DNA of 64,000 nt, from IMG/VR virus record IMGVR_UViG_3300044638_006750, positions 62,001-126,000 of that record; one strand, written 5' to 3'. The position numbers and the translations under genes were made by a program. Every line of letters begins with the position of its first letter. The stretch's first letter is position 1. The notes beneath the pieces are model-generated. The model did not search any database. It was not told the DNA's origin and saw only the letters and a program-made list of their open reading frames with translations. Shown here one piece after another: positions 8,001 through 14,886 of this stretch.

Positions 8001-11000
8001 CAGCGTGATCGCTAGATCCAAACCACAAGCAGTTGTTCCTGTAGCTAGGCCAAAAACAATAATGCCTCAACAGAGACAAAACGTTACTGCCTCATCTCGT
8101 CCTGGTTCAGTCACTATTATGCTGACAAAACAACAAAAATTGGAAATGCGTCAGACCATAGATAGACTTAATAAACAGATAGAACAAGCTAATAACACTA
8201 TAGCCACTTTGAAAAGTCATGATCGAAAACCAGGATTTATTGGTAAATTAACTGGTCAATCGACTAGAAATCCTTATCAAAATGAAATATGGGAAGCAGA
8301 AGCTGAGCAAAGTAGAGCACAAAATGAAAAACGTAAACTACTAGAATTGTATGGAGATCAACTAAATACATATACTGGATTTGCTGCTGGTGGTCATGTT
8401 ATGGCCATGTTGACTCCTGGAGAGGCAGTAATTCCTCCTCCTGAAACTAATCGTATTGGATTATCTACTTTAAGGCGTATGAATTTTGCCGATAAAAATG
8501 GAATGGGTAGAAGCAAATATGCCAAGGGTGGCAATATTGGTATAGTGCCGGGTTCTGGAGACTCAGATTCTTATGGGCCAGTAGCTCTTCCGGTTGGGTC
8601 TTTTGTTATTAGAAAAAGAGCAACAGCAGCCTTGGGGTTGGCCAAGTATTCCAGCGGCGGAGATGTTAAGAAATTTGCTACTGGAGGGTCAACCACAGTA
8701 TCTACATCTCAAACAAATTCTCGTATGCTTGACGTTAGGTCAGCAGGTGGTGTTGATCTTGGTAGCGTATTTGGTACTTCATCTATTGGTAAATTATTAG
8801 ATATAATTAAACCACAACTAGATAGTTTTGGAAATATGATAGATCGTACAACCAAAAGTTTTGGAAATTTGAAACCCGATGTTGTTCAGCAGTTATTTTA
8901 TGAGTATGCCAATGAACTAAAGAGTGGAGTATCTTCAGCAGAAGCACTACGTAATGCAGAAAATAAACTTGCTTCAAATCTTGCAGATTCGGTAGTTTCT
9001 AAAAAGGGTGTTAATGTAAGCAATTCTGGAGTAGAGCTTACATCTCCTATAAATACAAAAAATAAAGATAGTGTTAATGTTCGTAGTGCTGGTGGTATTG
9101 CTATTGGTAACATATCTACTACTAAGGGCCCAGCTGTATTAGATAGTGCTATACAACAACTTAAGCCTCATTTAGATAAGTTCGGATGGATGATAGATAA
9201 GACTACAGCAGAATTTGGAACACTCGATACCAAGGTCGTAAATCAAGCTTATCAGAAATATATTACAGCTATTCGTAACGGAACATCACAATTAGAGGCG
9301 TTGGAAGAAGCTACTCGCACAGTTAAGAGTAGTTCAACTATGGAACAAATGAGAAGAGATGATATCAAGACATCTCGGAGAAAATCACAGTCTGTATTAG
9401 GATCTATAATGGATCCTGTAGGAGCCTTGAATAGATATGGAAGATCTAGGGTATCTCTTGGTCAAGAAAAATTAGATAATCTTACTTTTAGTAAGCAGTC
9501 TCAACAAGTTTTATCTAGTGGGAAAGGTAATTTGGTAGGAGCAGCTACCAATCAAGTATTAAATAATTTAACTAAAGGACTTGGTAATGCATCATTAGCT
9601 GTTTCTGGTTTTATATCTGCTATTGGCAGAGGGGGTGGAGTAGGTAGTGCCATATCATTAATGAAGGCTGGATTTGCCCGCATGGCTGGGAACACTACAG
9701 GACTAGCCGCTAAATTTATTGGATTACAAAGAACTATTGTGGCTACAGAAGGTAAATTAAAGGGTATGACCAAAGGTCAAGCTCAACAAGCTCTTAAAGA
9801 AGGGAAAATTACTAAAGCCGAATATAAAGAGGCTTTTGGACTTAGAGGTAAAAGTAGAGCTGTATACCACAGTGCCAAAGATCAACCACCAGCGTATAAT
9901 GCTAAATTTGAACAAGAAACAAAAACGGCGCGAGCAAAAGCTAAAAAACAAGCTTTACAAGACGCTGGTTTTGGAAGACAAGCGGACACATATATCAAAG
10001 ACGGAAAAACCTATGTAAAAAGAGATGCATCCGGTAAGGCAGTAAATACACAAGTAGGAGCTAAGACACAAGCTATTATGGAAGCTAGGGATATGGCCAC
10101 GGTTAACCCTGCGTCATACGGACCCCAAAGCTCCAATGCTATTTTAGCCACTAGAAGAGCAGGGGCTACTGCTCAAGACCAGATGAGAGCAATAGTTCAT
10201 GGAGGTGGTGGCGGACCTCCTCCAAAAGGGCCAAGAGGAGCTAAAACAGCTGGAGCCGTTAAAGCACCAACCAATGTACCAGATCAACCAGGACAAAGAG
10301 GTGGTGGTGGCGGTGGTATGGGCGCATATATGGCCGAAATGGGATTATCCATGGCTGGTAGCGCTATCGCAGATCAATATGCTAAATCATTAGGAGGAGA
10401 AAAGACTTTAGCCGGTAGACAAGCGGCTAATTATGGCGGTAGTATTGTTGCTGGTGCTAGTACAGGCATGATGATGGGAAGTATGATTGGTTCAGTTGTC
10501 CCTGGTCTTGGCACCGTAGTTGGAGGAGCTATTGGAGCAGGAGTTGGAGGTCTAGCTGGTGCAGGATACGCCGCTCTTAATAGTAAAGAAGTAGCAGCAC
10601 AGTTTAGTAGTGAGCAAAGACAGGATAAAATAGGTAGACACACCACTAAACTTAATGAACAATTAACGACAATGAATAATAGAGATGTGTCTGTAGAAAC
10701 CCGCAATAGAGCCAGGGCAGAATCCAGACAAACTCTAATAAAAATGAATGAACTTTCATCTGAAGAACAAAAATCAGGAATGGAAAATGTTGGATATTTA
10801 TCTTATCAAGCAAGATCCACAGCTTCAGAAAGAGCTAATTCTGCTCAAGGAGTAGCGGACGCAAATTTATCTTCTATAGAAACGGAGATGCAGACTACTG
10901 GCAAAACGCTGGCTCAGGTTAGACAGTCTATGGATCCTGCACAGTGGGCTGCTATGACAAATACCATAGCTGATTCTGATCAAGCATATCAAGAACAAAA

Positions 11001-14000
11001 AGAAAAATTAAGAGGGAATAGTGCCGAACTAGAAAAAGAAAAACAAAAAGCCGTTGAGCGTCAAATGGCTTTCTTAAAGGTAAAAGAAGAAGCTATTCAA
11101 GCAGCCAGAGAAAATGCTAGACTAAATAAAGCGATGCAGAAAGTTACTGTATCGTTTGAAAAAATGGCAGATGCTATGAGCAATGCCGCAGCTAGAGCAA
11201 ATCAAGTTATGAAGAATGGACAGATAGGAATAGAATCCATAGACAATCCATTAGCTGCCAATCAAGTTGGTCAAATTTCTAAATCTGCCGATATAATCTC
11301 CAACCCTGAAGCATATTCGATTAAAGAAGTTGAGGACGCTGCTCGTCAATATGCTGGTGTAGCAGGTTCTAGCTCTGAACAAATGGTTCAAGCTGCTGTA
11401 TTACCTCGCAAATTAGAACAAAGTTTTGGCTCCGCTATGGTTGAAGCAAGAAGTTCTGGCAAGAATGATGAAGAGACCAGAAGCTCTGTTAAGTCCGCTG
11501 TTATGAATACTGTGAAAGCTGCATTTGGAGAAAATATAGGCAATGACATGCAAAAGAAGATAGATGACTTCCTAAACAGCAAGGCGGCATCTGGAGAATT
11601 ACAAAATATAGATTTTAACGATCTGTTAAAAGAAATTCCTGGTCTTGCAGACAAGATGGCCTCCTCTAGCAAAGTTATGAAAGCACTACAAGATCAGGCT
11701 CAATCTGCTGCCAATGCTATTGCAATGATGGGTGATGCTGCCCAGAAAACAGCATCTAAAGGCCAAGATATCAGAAATGCTAGAGCAGATACTTTTTCAA
11801 CTATTGCTAATAGTACCTTGGCATTTAGAAGAGGTACTGGAGAGAAAATTTCTTGGCAGGCTGATGCTGGAGTAAGAACACAAGCTCGTGCAATAAGATT
11901 AGGTACTACAGCTGATGTTGCAGCCAGTCCACAAAAAATGTTAGGAAGATACCTTGCTCTTCAACAGGGTGCCGACGCAGCCTCTAAGAGACAACAACAA
12001 GTGAATGAAGAACAAAAGGGGGCAATGCTTGCTGGAGGAGATCAAACTCAGGGTGCTATAGATAAGATGCAACAGGCTGCCAATACCACAGCAGAATTTG
12101 CACAAGCTACAAAACAAGCTCGTGAAGAAATTTTAGGATTGCCGAATGATATTAAAGATAACATTAATGGTATCTTAAGTGAATTACAAGACGTAATGCA
12201 AGAAAGAAGCGCTAAAATCGGAGCAGCTAGTGGATTCATGGAGAAGATGTTAACATCTACTCCTAAAGACCTTAGAAAGATGGGCAACACATTCAATAAT
12301 CTTAATCAAACTCTATCTGGGAAAGGTGTTAGTTTCGAAGAGTCATATTCTGCCAAAACTGCGTATGATCAAGTCAGGAATCAGGGCGGGACTCATATGC
12401 AAGCCCAAAGAGCCGCCCAAGAAGCATACGCTCAGGAAAGCAGTGATACGATTAGTATGGCTAAAGAATTAGCTCCTCTCCTAGGAGCCGTTGATCCAGA
12501 CGCACAAAATAAGATGATGGCTAGTGTTTATGAAAATATGTTTGCTGCTAGAGGCATGGATCCTTCGCAAATGAAGGTTGGCGATAAGAGCATGAAAGAC
12601 TACTTGGATATGATGAAGAAAGGAGCTAAAGAAGATCCAAAAGTTAAAGCTTTGAACGATGCTTTAGCAGCACAACAAGCAGCTCTTGTACAAGCTAATG
12701 CTGCTATTGAAGCAATTTATACTAAAGATCAGGCAGACATACAACAAAAAACAGGAGAAGTTATTCTAAATGCTATGCAACAAGGCGCAGAAGCTGTAAA
12801 AAAAGCTATGGAAGAAGCTAAAGTTGCTGGTATAAGCCCTCCGGGAGAAGCAGGAGCAGCTAACTCTCCACAAGCTCAGGCTCAAGCCCTTAATGAAGAA
12901 CAAACTCAACAAAGAAAGGATCAGAACCTCAATGATATAGAAGCAGCCAAAAAAGTTATTAATGATCCGGCAGCTTCTAAGGAAGACAAAGAAAAAGCTG
13001 AGAAAGTTATTGCAGAAAAAGAGCAAGAGAATGCGGTCCTTACAGGTGGACTAAGCGGCACAAGAGGACTATCGTCTGCTGAAAATATGACATTTAAAGA
13101 ACATGCTCTTCCGGGAGAAACTCCTGAAGATTTTACGAAGAGAAGGCGCAAATTGATGGATATGACAGGTCAATCTACTCCACAACAAGTGTCACAAAAT
13201 CCAACAACTCCACAACAAAACGCTGCTGGAAATGCGGCAGCAACACCTTCACCAACTACCACATCATCTACCCCATCATCCACATCTCCTGCTGGTTCAA
13301 CTTCTCCAGCCGGTCAGGCAGCAGCATCTCAAGCTGCTACTCCACAACCACCAGTAAGAGCAATTACTAGTCAGCAAAGAGAAGACGAGATTGTTCTACA
13401 ACAAGGAGAGATGGCACAAAACGAGAAAATTATTAACGATCTATCTTCTAGCGAAGAAGACAAAGAAAATGCTAGACTTGAGATACAAGGATCACAACAT
13501 AAAATAGCGATGTTACAAGGAAAAAGCAAGGAAGAAATAGCAGAAAGTGTTTATGGAACTAAATATGAAGACATGTCTCCTGAACAGAAAGAATACTTAG
13601 ATCTACAACATTCAGCTTACTCAAATAACTATAGTAGACAATATGGTAGTTTAGCTCCGCAGACCCCAGCTCCAACTTCTCAAGCCGCAAGTAATCAGGC
13701 TGCGGCACCAGCACCCAATACCGGCACTGGTCCATCTTCTCCTCCGTCGTTTGGTCAAACCATGCAAGCTGCTATGACAGCAGGACAGAATAATAATGTT
13801 GCTTATAGATCTCAAGATGGTTTATCAGGTGCTACTCGTAGTGTGATTGCAAATCTGCCTCCGCAAGTGCAAGGTATGGTTACTCAAGCCGCACAAAGCA
13901 ATCCAGCTTTAGCAACAGCAATACAAAATGGAGACCTAGCAGCTGCACAAGCAGCATTACCACCAGAAGCAATGGCTCAGATACAACAAGTAATGGCAGG

Positions 14001-14874
14001 GGCTGGTAATGCGGCATTAGCATCCGGTTCTATGCAAGCATTAAATACTGAAAGACAAGTTTCTGCCGCTCAAGGAGCAATGGCTACTGGTTCTGTTATG
14101 ACCAAACCCTCTACTAGTACTGGTCAAAAGACACCACAATGGCAGCCCTCAAGTGGTCCAATGGGATTAAATAATGTACATCAAGAGGCGTATCTCAGAG
14201 GTATGACCACGCAAGAAGTAAATTATGAAAGACAACAACAATATTTGAGTAGCTTGAATCCCGAGACTAGAGATATAGAAAAAAGGAAACTTGGTAAAAG
14301 ATTATTAAAACCAAGCGAACGACAAGAAGCTGCCATACAAGCACAGAAAGATAGTGCAGCTGCCGCGGCGGCACAACAGCCAGGGGTAGTTCCAGCCCCT
14401 GTAGGAAGTGCTCCACAAATGCCACAAACTGTACCCGGTCAAAATACCAATGGTCAGATGGTGCCTCCAACCGCACCTGCTACTCAAGCCGGATATGTTA
14501 CTCCTCCATCAGAAGCTGGTTCTCCGGTTCCGGCTCCAAGACCAGCACAAAACGTACCCGGACAACAAAATCAAGGCGCTGGTGTATTACCCGGTATGGG
14601 CGGATTCGAAGCCTTTGCCAGCAAATTGGATACATTATTGACCAAATTAGGAGAGGTAAATATTCCTACGGAAATTAGACTTACAAGCGAAAGTATAGGA
14701 GTCAATGTCACATTAAATGGTGCGGAAGTTATGAATAAGATGCCAGAACAAATTAGAGGTCAAATAGTACAAGAAGTTGTAGCAAAACTTCGAGAATACG
14801 ACAAGGGAACATCTGGAGAAGGTGCAGCACTAAGTCCAAAAATTGGTGGACAATCTACGAATACAGACGTATAA
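2020..14874 (+). CDS. Giant tape measure protein (4284 aa) with internal enzyme-like cargo domains
   Basis: SD AGAGGA at about 2005. The N-terminal region (about 2500-3360) has TP901/PhageMin_Tail-type motifs (LAQAGLSA..., INTVAAKFAVEADDI, AETIATGLRTIFTRIQR, LGGFRQVGK). Lambda gpH-like YAQGG...PGE.V / FAAGG motifs, long Ala/Gln/Lys-rich helical regions and a glycine-zipper hydrophobic segment are present. Confidence 0.92.
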   Translation: MAGFNLTAQLNIVGPNNLKPVISNLRKQLSSAGGSITLNINPNISTSVNNLNKSLQSLDSTLKSINASASSVAASLRQIGSAAGTVNIKSVPKDIAAVTQQSQKLQQQQSQTAVATKASTDSMVEFGKQSALAIRRFAAFTLVTGIIYKVTSAFGNASAEFIKFNQQMVQLSQVTGSSLQNLAGLERTITSLSTSLGVSSSSLIDVSSTLAQAGLSAQETEEALSALAKTTLAPSFGNLNNTVEGSIALMRQFAISTGQLESALGSINTVAAKFAVEADDIITAIQRTGGVFAASSKGVAEGTEALNQFIAIFTSVRATTRESAETIATGLRTIFTRIQRRDTIELLKQYGIQLTDLEGKFVGPYEAVKRLSQGLAGLDTRDVRFSSIIEELGGFRQVGKVIPLLQQFTVAERALMVAQRGQGSLTSDAAKAQQALAIQMAKVQEEFVAMVRKIGSSNEFQTMVKMALNLASAFIQVADSAKYALPAITALLAVKGTIGAFRFASGFASGMRRGGGAAGLGERLSGAPRGYAQGGQIPVALEPGEMVFVGESARRAGYGNLRRLNRAGDRPNPRVALNRASGGGIFMVPGSGRGDTFKTNLPEGSFVIKRKSVRAVGADNIAQMAATGGQIRQNFARGSSGGLSAAPRLASAGKTVRAHVSTPTSMTEEMRQQILDYYTKSGKKIPKKFQPSLLGSSSAELIENLTIGLPYRYNEALKRGSNSVIPLRDFIKSFDRPDFLRSLGTSGRQKKQSLPQLSKTDEAELIRLLKKETIRNSTRLTKDIPGLAKGSRIISSDTQLQSLSGIIKEFYKKKQTALVRPVEMMSFYSHQGRTQHRDFLPTSLSEVLSQGLSKRYMGGLIQRLSGGSDKPLQGMGRSQLLTEARRLGVNYGNIVSWSELGKKGDIGAQARSRLIAKLEEARMLRKTSQAATSARAKRTNVAVIGAMAPPGVRGSSSEVIIPGARDRKTGKRTQDTPATLHIGALEGKTAARVTAVIRNQTARITQKVMKIIAQEAKMILPNDNMAKLKRKPMHSGIAGGLLEQAILGLMGIDKPMGSIDLGASGLSPELANVFGIPSASGVPTDITYGGEKGRTLEEAAKRKAVGKSRNAKGQRTSSQIGRGLAAIRASKAIGGIVQRLANGGITRSGKLSRSTFKLIPNEKGIGPSPFASGPVAQPLDYNALERSGLSMGLSRPMITKAIQDAKMLGISPEENIRKIASEAQSKRRPGFTHSTDSRSILSMLRKSGGPVNYEGPAMFFAKGGSVKPAVRNVGWIDSDFLRNSPKAKAEMDKLGMNVDEYKRFLTEESIKARKSGSVSRLTTVVGSPGSGKSSFAEGNQRTSVADNARLRKTHRFPIETPEDVAKANSIIDTAASVSPDRLVDLNQSDRIVALSSSTKEEQKILRRQLRHRTATGDKQYGRTHTITAQDSGETEAMLQMGLRDKKKLVTLGLLPNFKKRIKRQNELPLVREEQVSLGFGSFSPPTKAGHDQGLMSNAQYKKLVLVGPNEPVGADPHSARTALLPQDVRHRLATKAFPDAYVSKKTSGFAIPHVFDVGTDPETGRRLFIRRAKGSEALVAGKDEKSLKKYEEAGFGVREVPRDPNGESGTAARERILRGDFTGFHPEVEKDLRSKATQLSNRQEILPRIIEKTQERTTKQVSEIDKSLSSYPSRITEKIRQEQPDMVAAVESLRAKKTSIKSKAGSRPHTVLARLARRYPERYGLAQGGMPPKPQKQFGKIGLRSSGKEITAFYFKNNVREGFVTAHEIEKGIWNIGLSKATKGYGPRLYDAVMEAVTARGGVLTAHRGKVSGHAKKVWDVYANERSKPDNKYGSQVSKISLDSKHHTLSQDPNDSLNYGYQQQPNIIKGPDIVDMNDQKYDRFLQQMQFEFLRANGGGVQRSVRGNVRPIKKHSMIKPQLQNNELSTLQSQINDLESRRQALATHTKTGFFGGKSNPYQREIYDLEDEIARLSQRRYLLSQKSAPTPTVLAQPSVIARSKPQAVVPVARPKTIMPQQRQNVTASSRPGSVTIMLTKQQKLEMRQTIDRLNKQIEQANNTIATLKSHDRKPGFIGKLTGQSTRNPYQNEIWEAEAEQSRAQNEKRKLLELYGDQLNTYTGFAAGGHVMAMLTPGEAVIPPPETNRIGLSTLRRMNFADKNGMGRSKYAKGGNIGIVPGSGDSDSYGPVALPVGSFVIRKRATAALGLAKYSSGGDVKKFATGGSTTVSTSQTNSRMLDVRSAGGVDLGSVFGTSSIGKLLDIIKPQLDSFGNMIDRTTKSFGNLKPDVVQQLFYEYANELKSGVSSAEALRNAENKLASNLADSVVSKKGVNVSNSGVELTSPINTKNKDSVNVRSAGGIAIGNISTTKGPAVLDSAIQQLKPHLDKFGWMIDKTTAEFGTLDTKVVNQAYQKYITAIRNGTSQLEALEEATRTVKSSSTMEQMRRDDIKTSRRKSQSVLGSIMDPVGALNRYGRSRVSLGQEKLDNLTFSKQSQQVLSSGKGNLVGAATNQVLNNLTKGLGNASLAVSGFISAIGRGGGVGSAISLMKAGFARMAGNTTGLAAKFIGLQRTIVATEGKLKGMTKGQAQQALKEGKITKAEYKEAFGLRGKSRAVYHSAKDQPPAYNAKFEQETKTARAKAKKQALQDAGFGRQADTYIKDGKTYVKRDASGKAVNTQVGAKTQAIMEARDMATVNPASYGPQSSNAILATRRAGATAQDQMRAIVHGGGGGPPPKGPRGAKTAGAVKAPTNVPDQPGQRGGGGGGMGAYMAEMGLSMAGSAIADQYAKSLGGEKTLAGRQAANYGGSIVAGASTGMMMGSMIGSVVPGLGTVVGGAIGAGVGGLAGAGYAALNSKEVAAQFSSEQRQDKIGRHTTKLNEQLTTMNNRDVSVETRNRARAESRQTLIKMNELSSEEQKSGMENVGYLSYQARSTASERANSAQGVADANLSSIETEMQTTGKTLAQVRQSMDPAQWAAMTNTIADSDQAYQEQKEKLRGNSAELEKEKQKAVERQMAFLKVKEEAIQAARENARLNKAMQKVTVSFEKMADAMSNAAARANQVMKNGQIGIESIDNPLAANQVGQISKSADIISNPEAYSIKEVEDAARQYAGVAGSSSEQMVQAAVLPRKLEQSFGSAMVEARSSGKNDEETRSSVKSAVMNTVKAAFGENIGNDMQKKIDDFLNSKAASGELQNIDFNDLLKEIPGLADKMASSSKVMKALQDQAQSAANAIAMMGDAAQKTASKGQDIRNARADTFSTIANSTLAFRRGTGEKISWQADAGVRTQARAIRLGTTADVAASPQKMLGRYLALQQGADAASKRQQQVNEEQKGAMLAGGDQTQGAIDKMQQAANTTAEFAQATKQAREEILGLPNDIKDNINGILSELQDVMQERSAKIGAASGFMEKMLTSTPKDLRKMGNTFNNLNQTLSGKGVSFEESYSAKTAYDQVRNQGGTHMQAQRAAQEAYAQESSDTISMAKELAPLLGAVDPDAQNKMMASVYENMFAARGMDPSQMKVGDKSMKDYLDMMKKGAKEDPKVKALNDALAAQQAALVQANAAIEAIYTKDQADIQQKTGEVILNAMQQGAEAVKKAMEEAKVAGISPPGEAGAANSPQAQAQALNEEQTQQRKDQNLNDIEAAKKVINDPAASKEDKEKAEKVIAEKEQENAVLTGGLSGTRGLSSAENMTFKEHALPGETPEDFTKRRRKLMDMTGQSTPQQVSQNPTTPQQNAAGNAAATPSPTTTSSTPSSTSPAGSTSPAGQAAASQAATPQPPVRAITSQQREDEIVLQQGEMAQNEKIINDLSSSEEDKENARLEIQGSQHKIAMLQGKSKEEIAESVYGTKYEDMSPEQKEYLDLQHSAYSNNYSRQYGSLAPQTPAPTSQAASNQAAAPAPNTGTGPSSPPSFGQTMQAAMTAGQNNNVAYRSQDGLSGATRSVIANLPPQVQGMVTQAAQSNPALATAIQNGDLAAAQAALPPEAMAQIQQVMAGAGNAALASGSMQALNTERQVSAAQGAMATGSVMTKPSTSTGQKTPQWQPSSGPMGLNNVHQEAYLRGMTTQEVNYERQQQYLSSLNPETRDIEKRKLGKRLLKPSERQEAAIQAQKDSAAAAAAQQPGVVPAPVGSAPQMPQTVPGQNTNGQMVPPTAPATQAGYVTPPSEAGSPVPAPRPAQNVPGQQNQGAGVLPGMGGFEAFASKLDTLLTKLGEVNIPTEIRLTSESIGVNVTLNGAEVMNKMPEQIRGQIVQEVVAKLREYDKGTSGEGAALSPKIGGQSTNTDV
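5812..6400 (+). other. P-loop NTPase/kinase-like domain within the TMP
   Basis: Walker A in TTVVGSPGSGKSSF (GSPGSGKS at 5995-6018), a Walker B-like IIDT, and a LID-like RRQLRHR, as in the NMP-kinase/AAA_33 fold. Confidence 0.7.
6440..6920 (+). other. HIGH-superfamily nucleotidyltransferase (cytidylyltransferase/NMNAT-like) domain within the TMP
   Basis: GFGSFSPPTKAGH (6451-6489) matches the G-x-F-x-P-P/T-x-x-G-H signature. LVAGKD matches the VxGxD strand. ESGTAARERILRGDF (6838-6882) matches the S-[AG]-[ST]-x-x-R...GD motif. Confidence 0.72.
7210..7700 (+). other. GNAT-like acetyltransferase domain within the TMP
   Basis: Motif A-like ATKGYGPRLYDAVME (about 7360-7404), then GVLTAHRGKVSGHAKKVWDVY (motif B-like). 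Confidence 0.62.
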
Positions 14875-14886
14875 AGAAAGAAAAAT

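Noticed and set aside
3607-8688. TMP cargo as inteins or homing-endonuclease insertions
   Set aside because: I recognised no intein splice-junction motifs (C/S start, HN-C/S/T end) or LAGLIDADG motifs; the boundaries are A-x-GG motifs instead.
2535-14641. Many short ORFs nested in or antisense to the TMP
   Set aside because: They have no SD or domain signal and are an expected by-product of a long, stop-free, Ala/Ser/Gly-rich gene.
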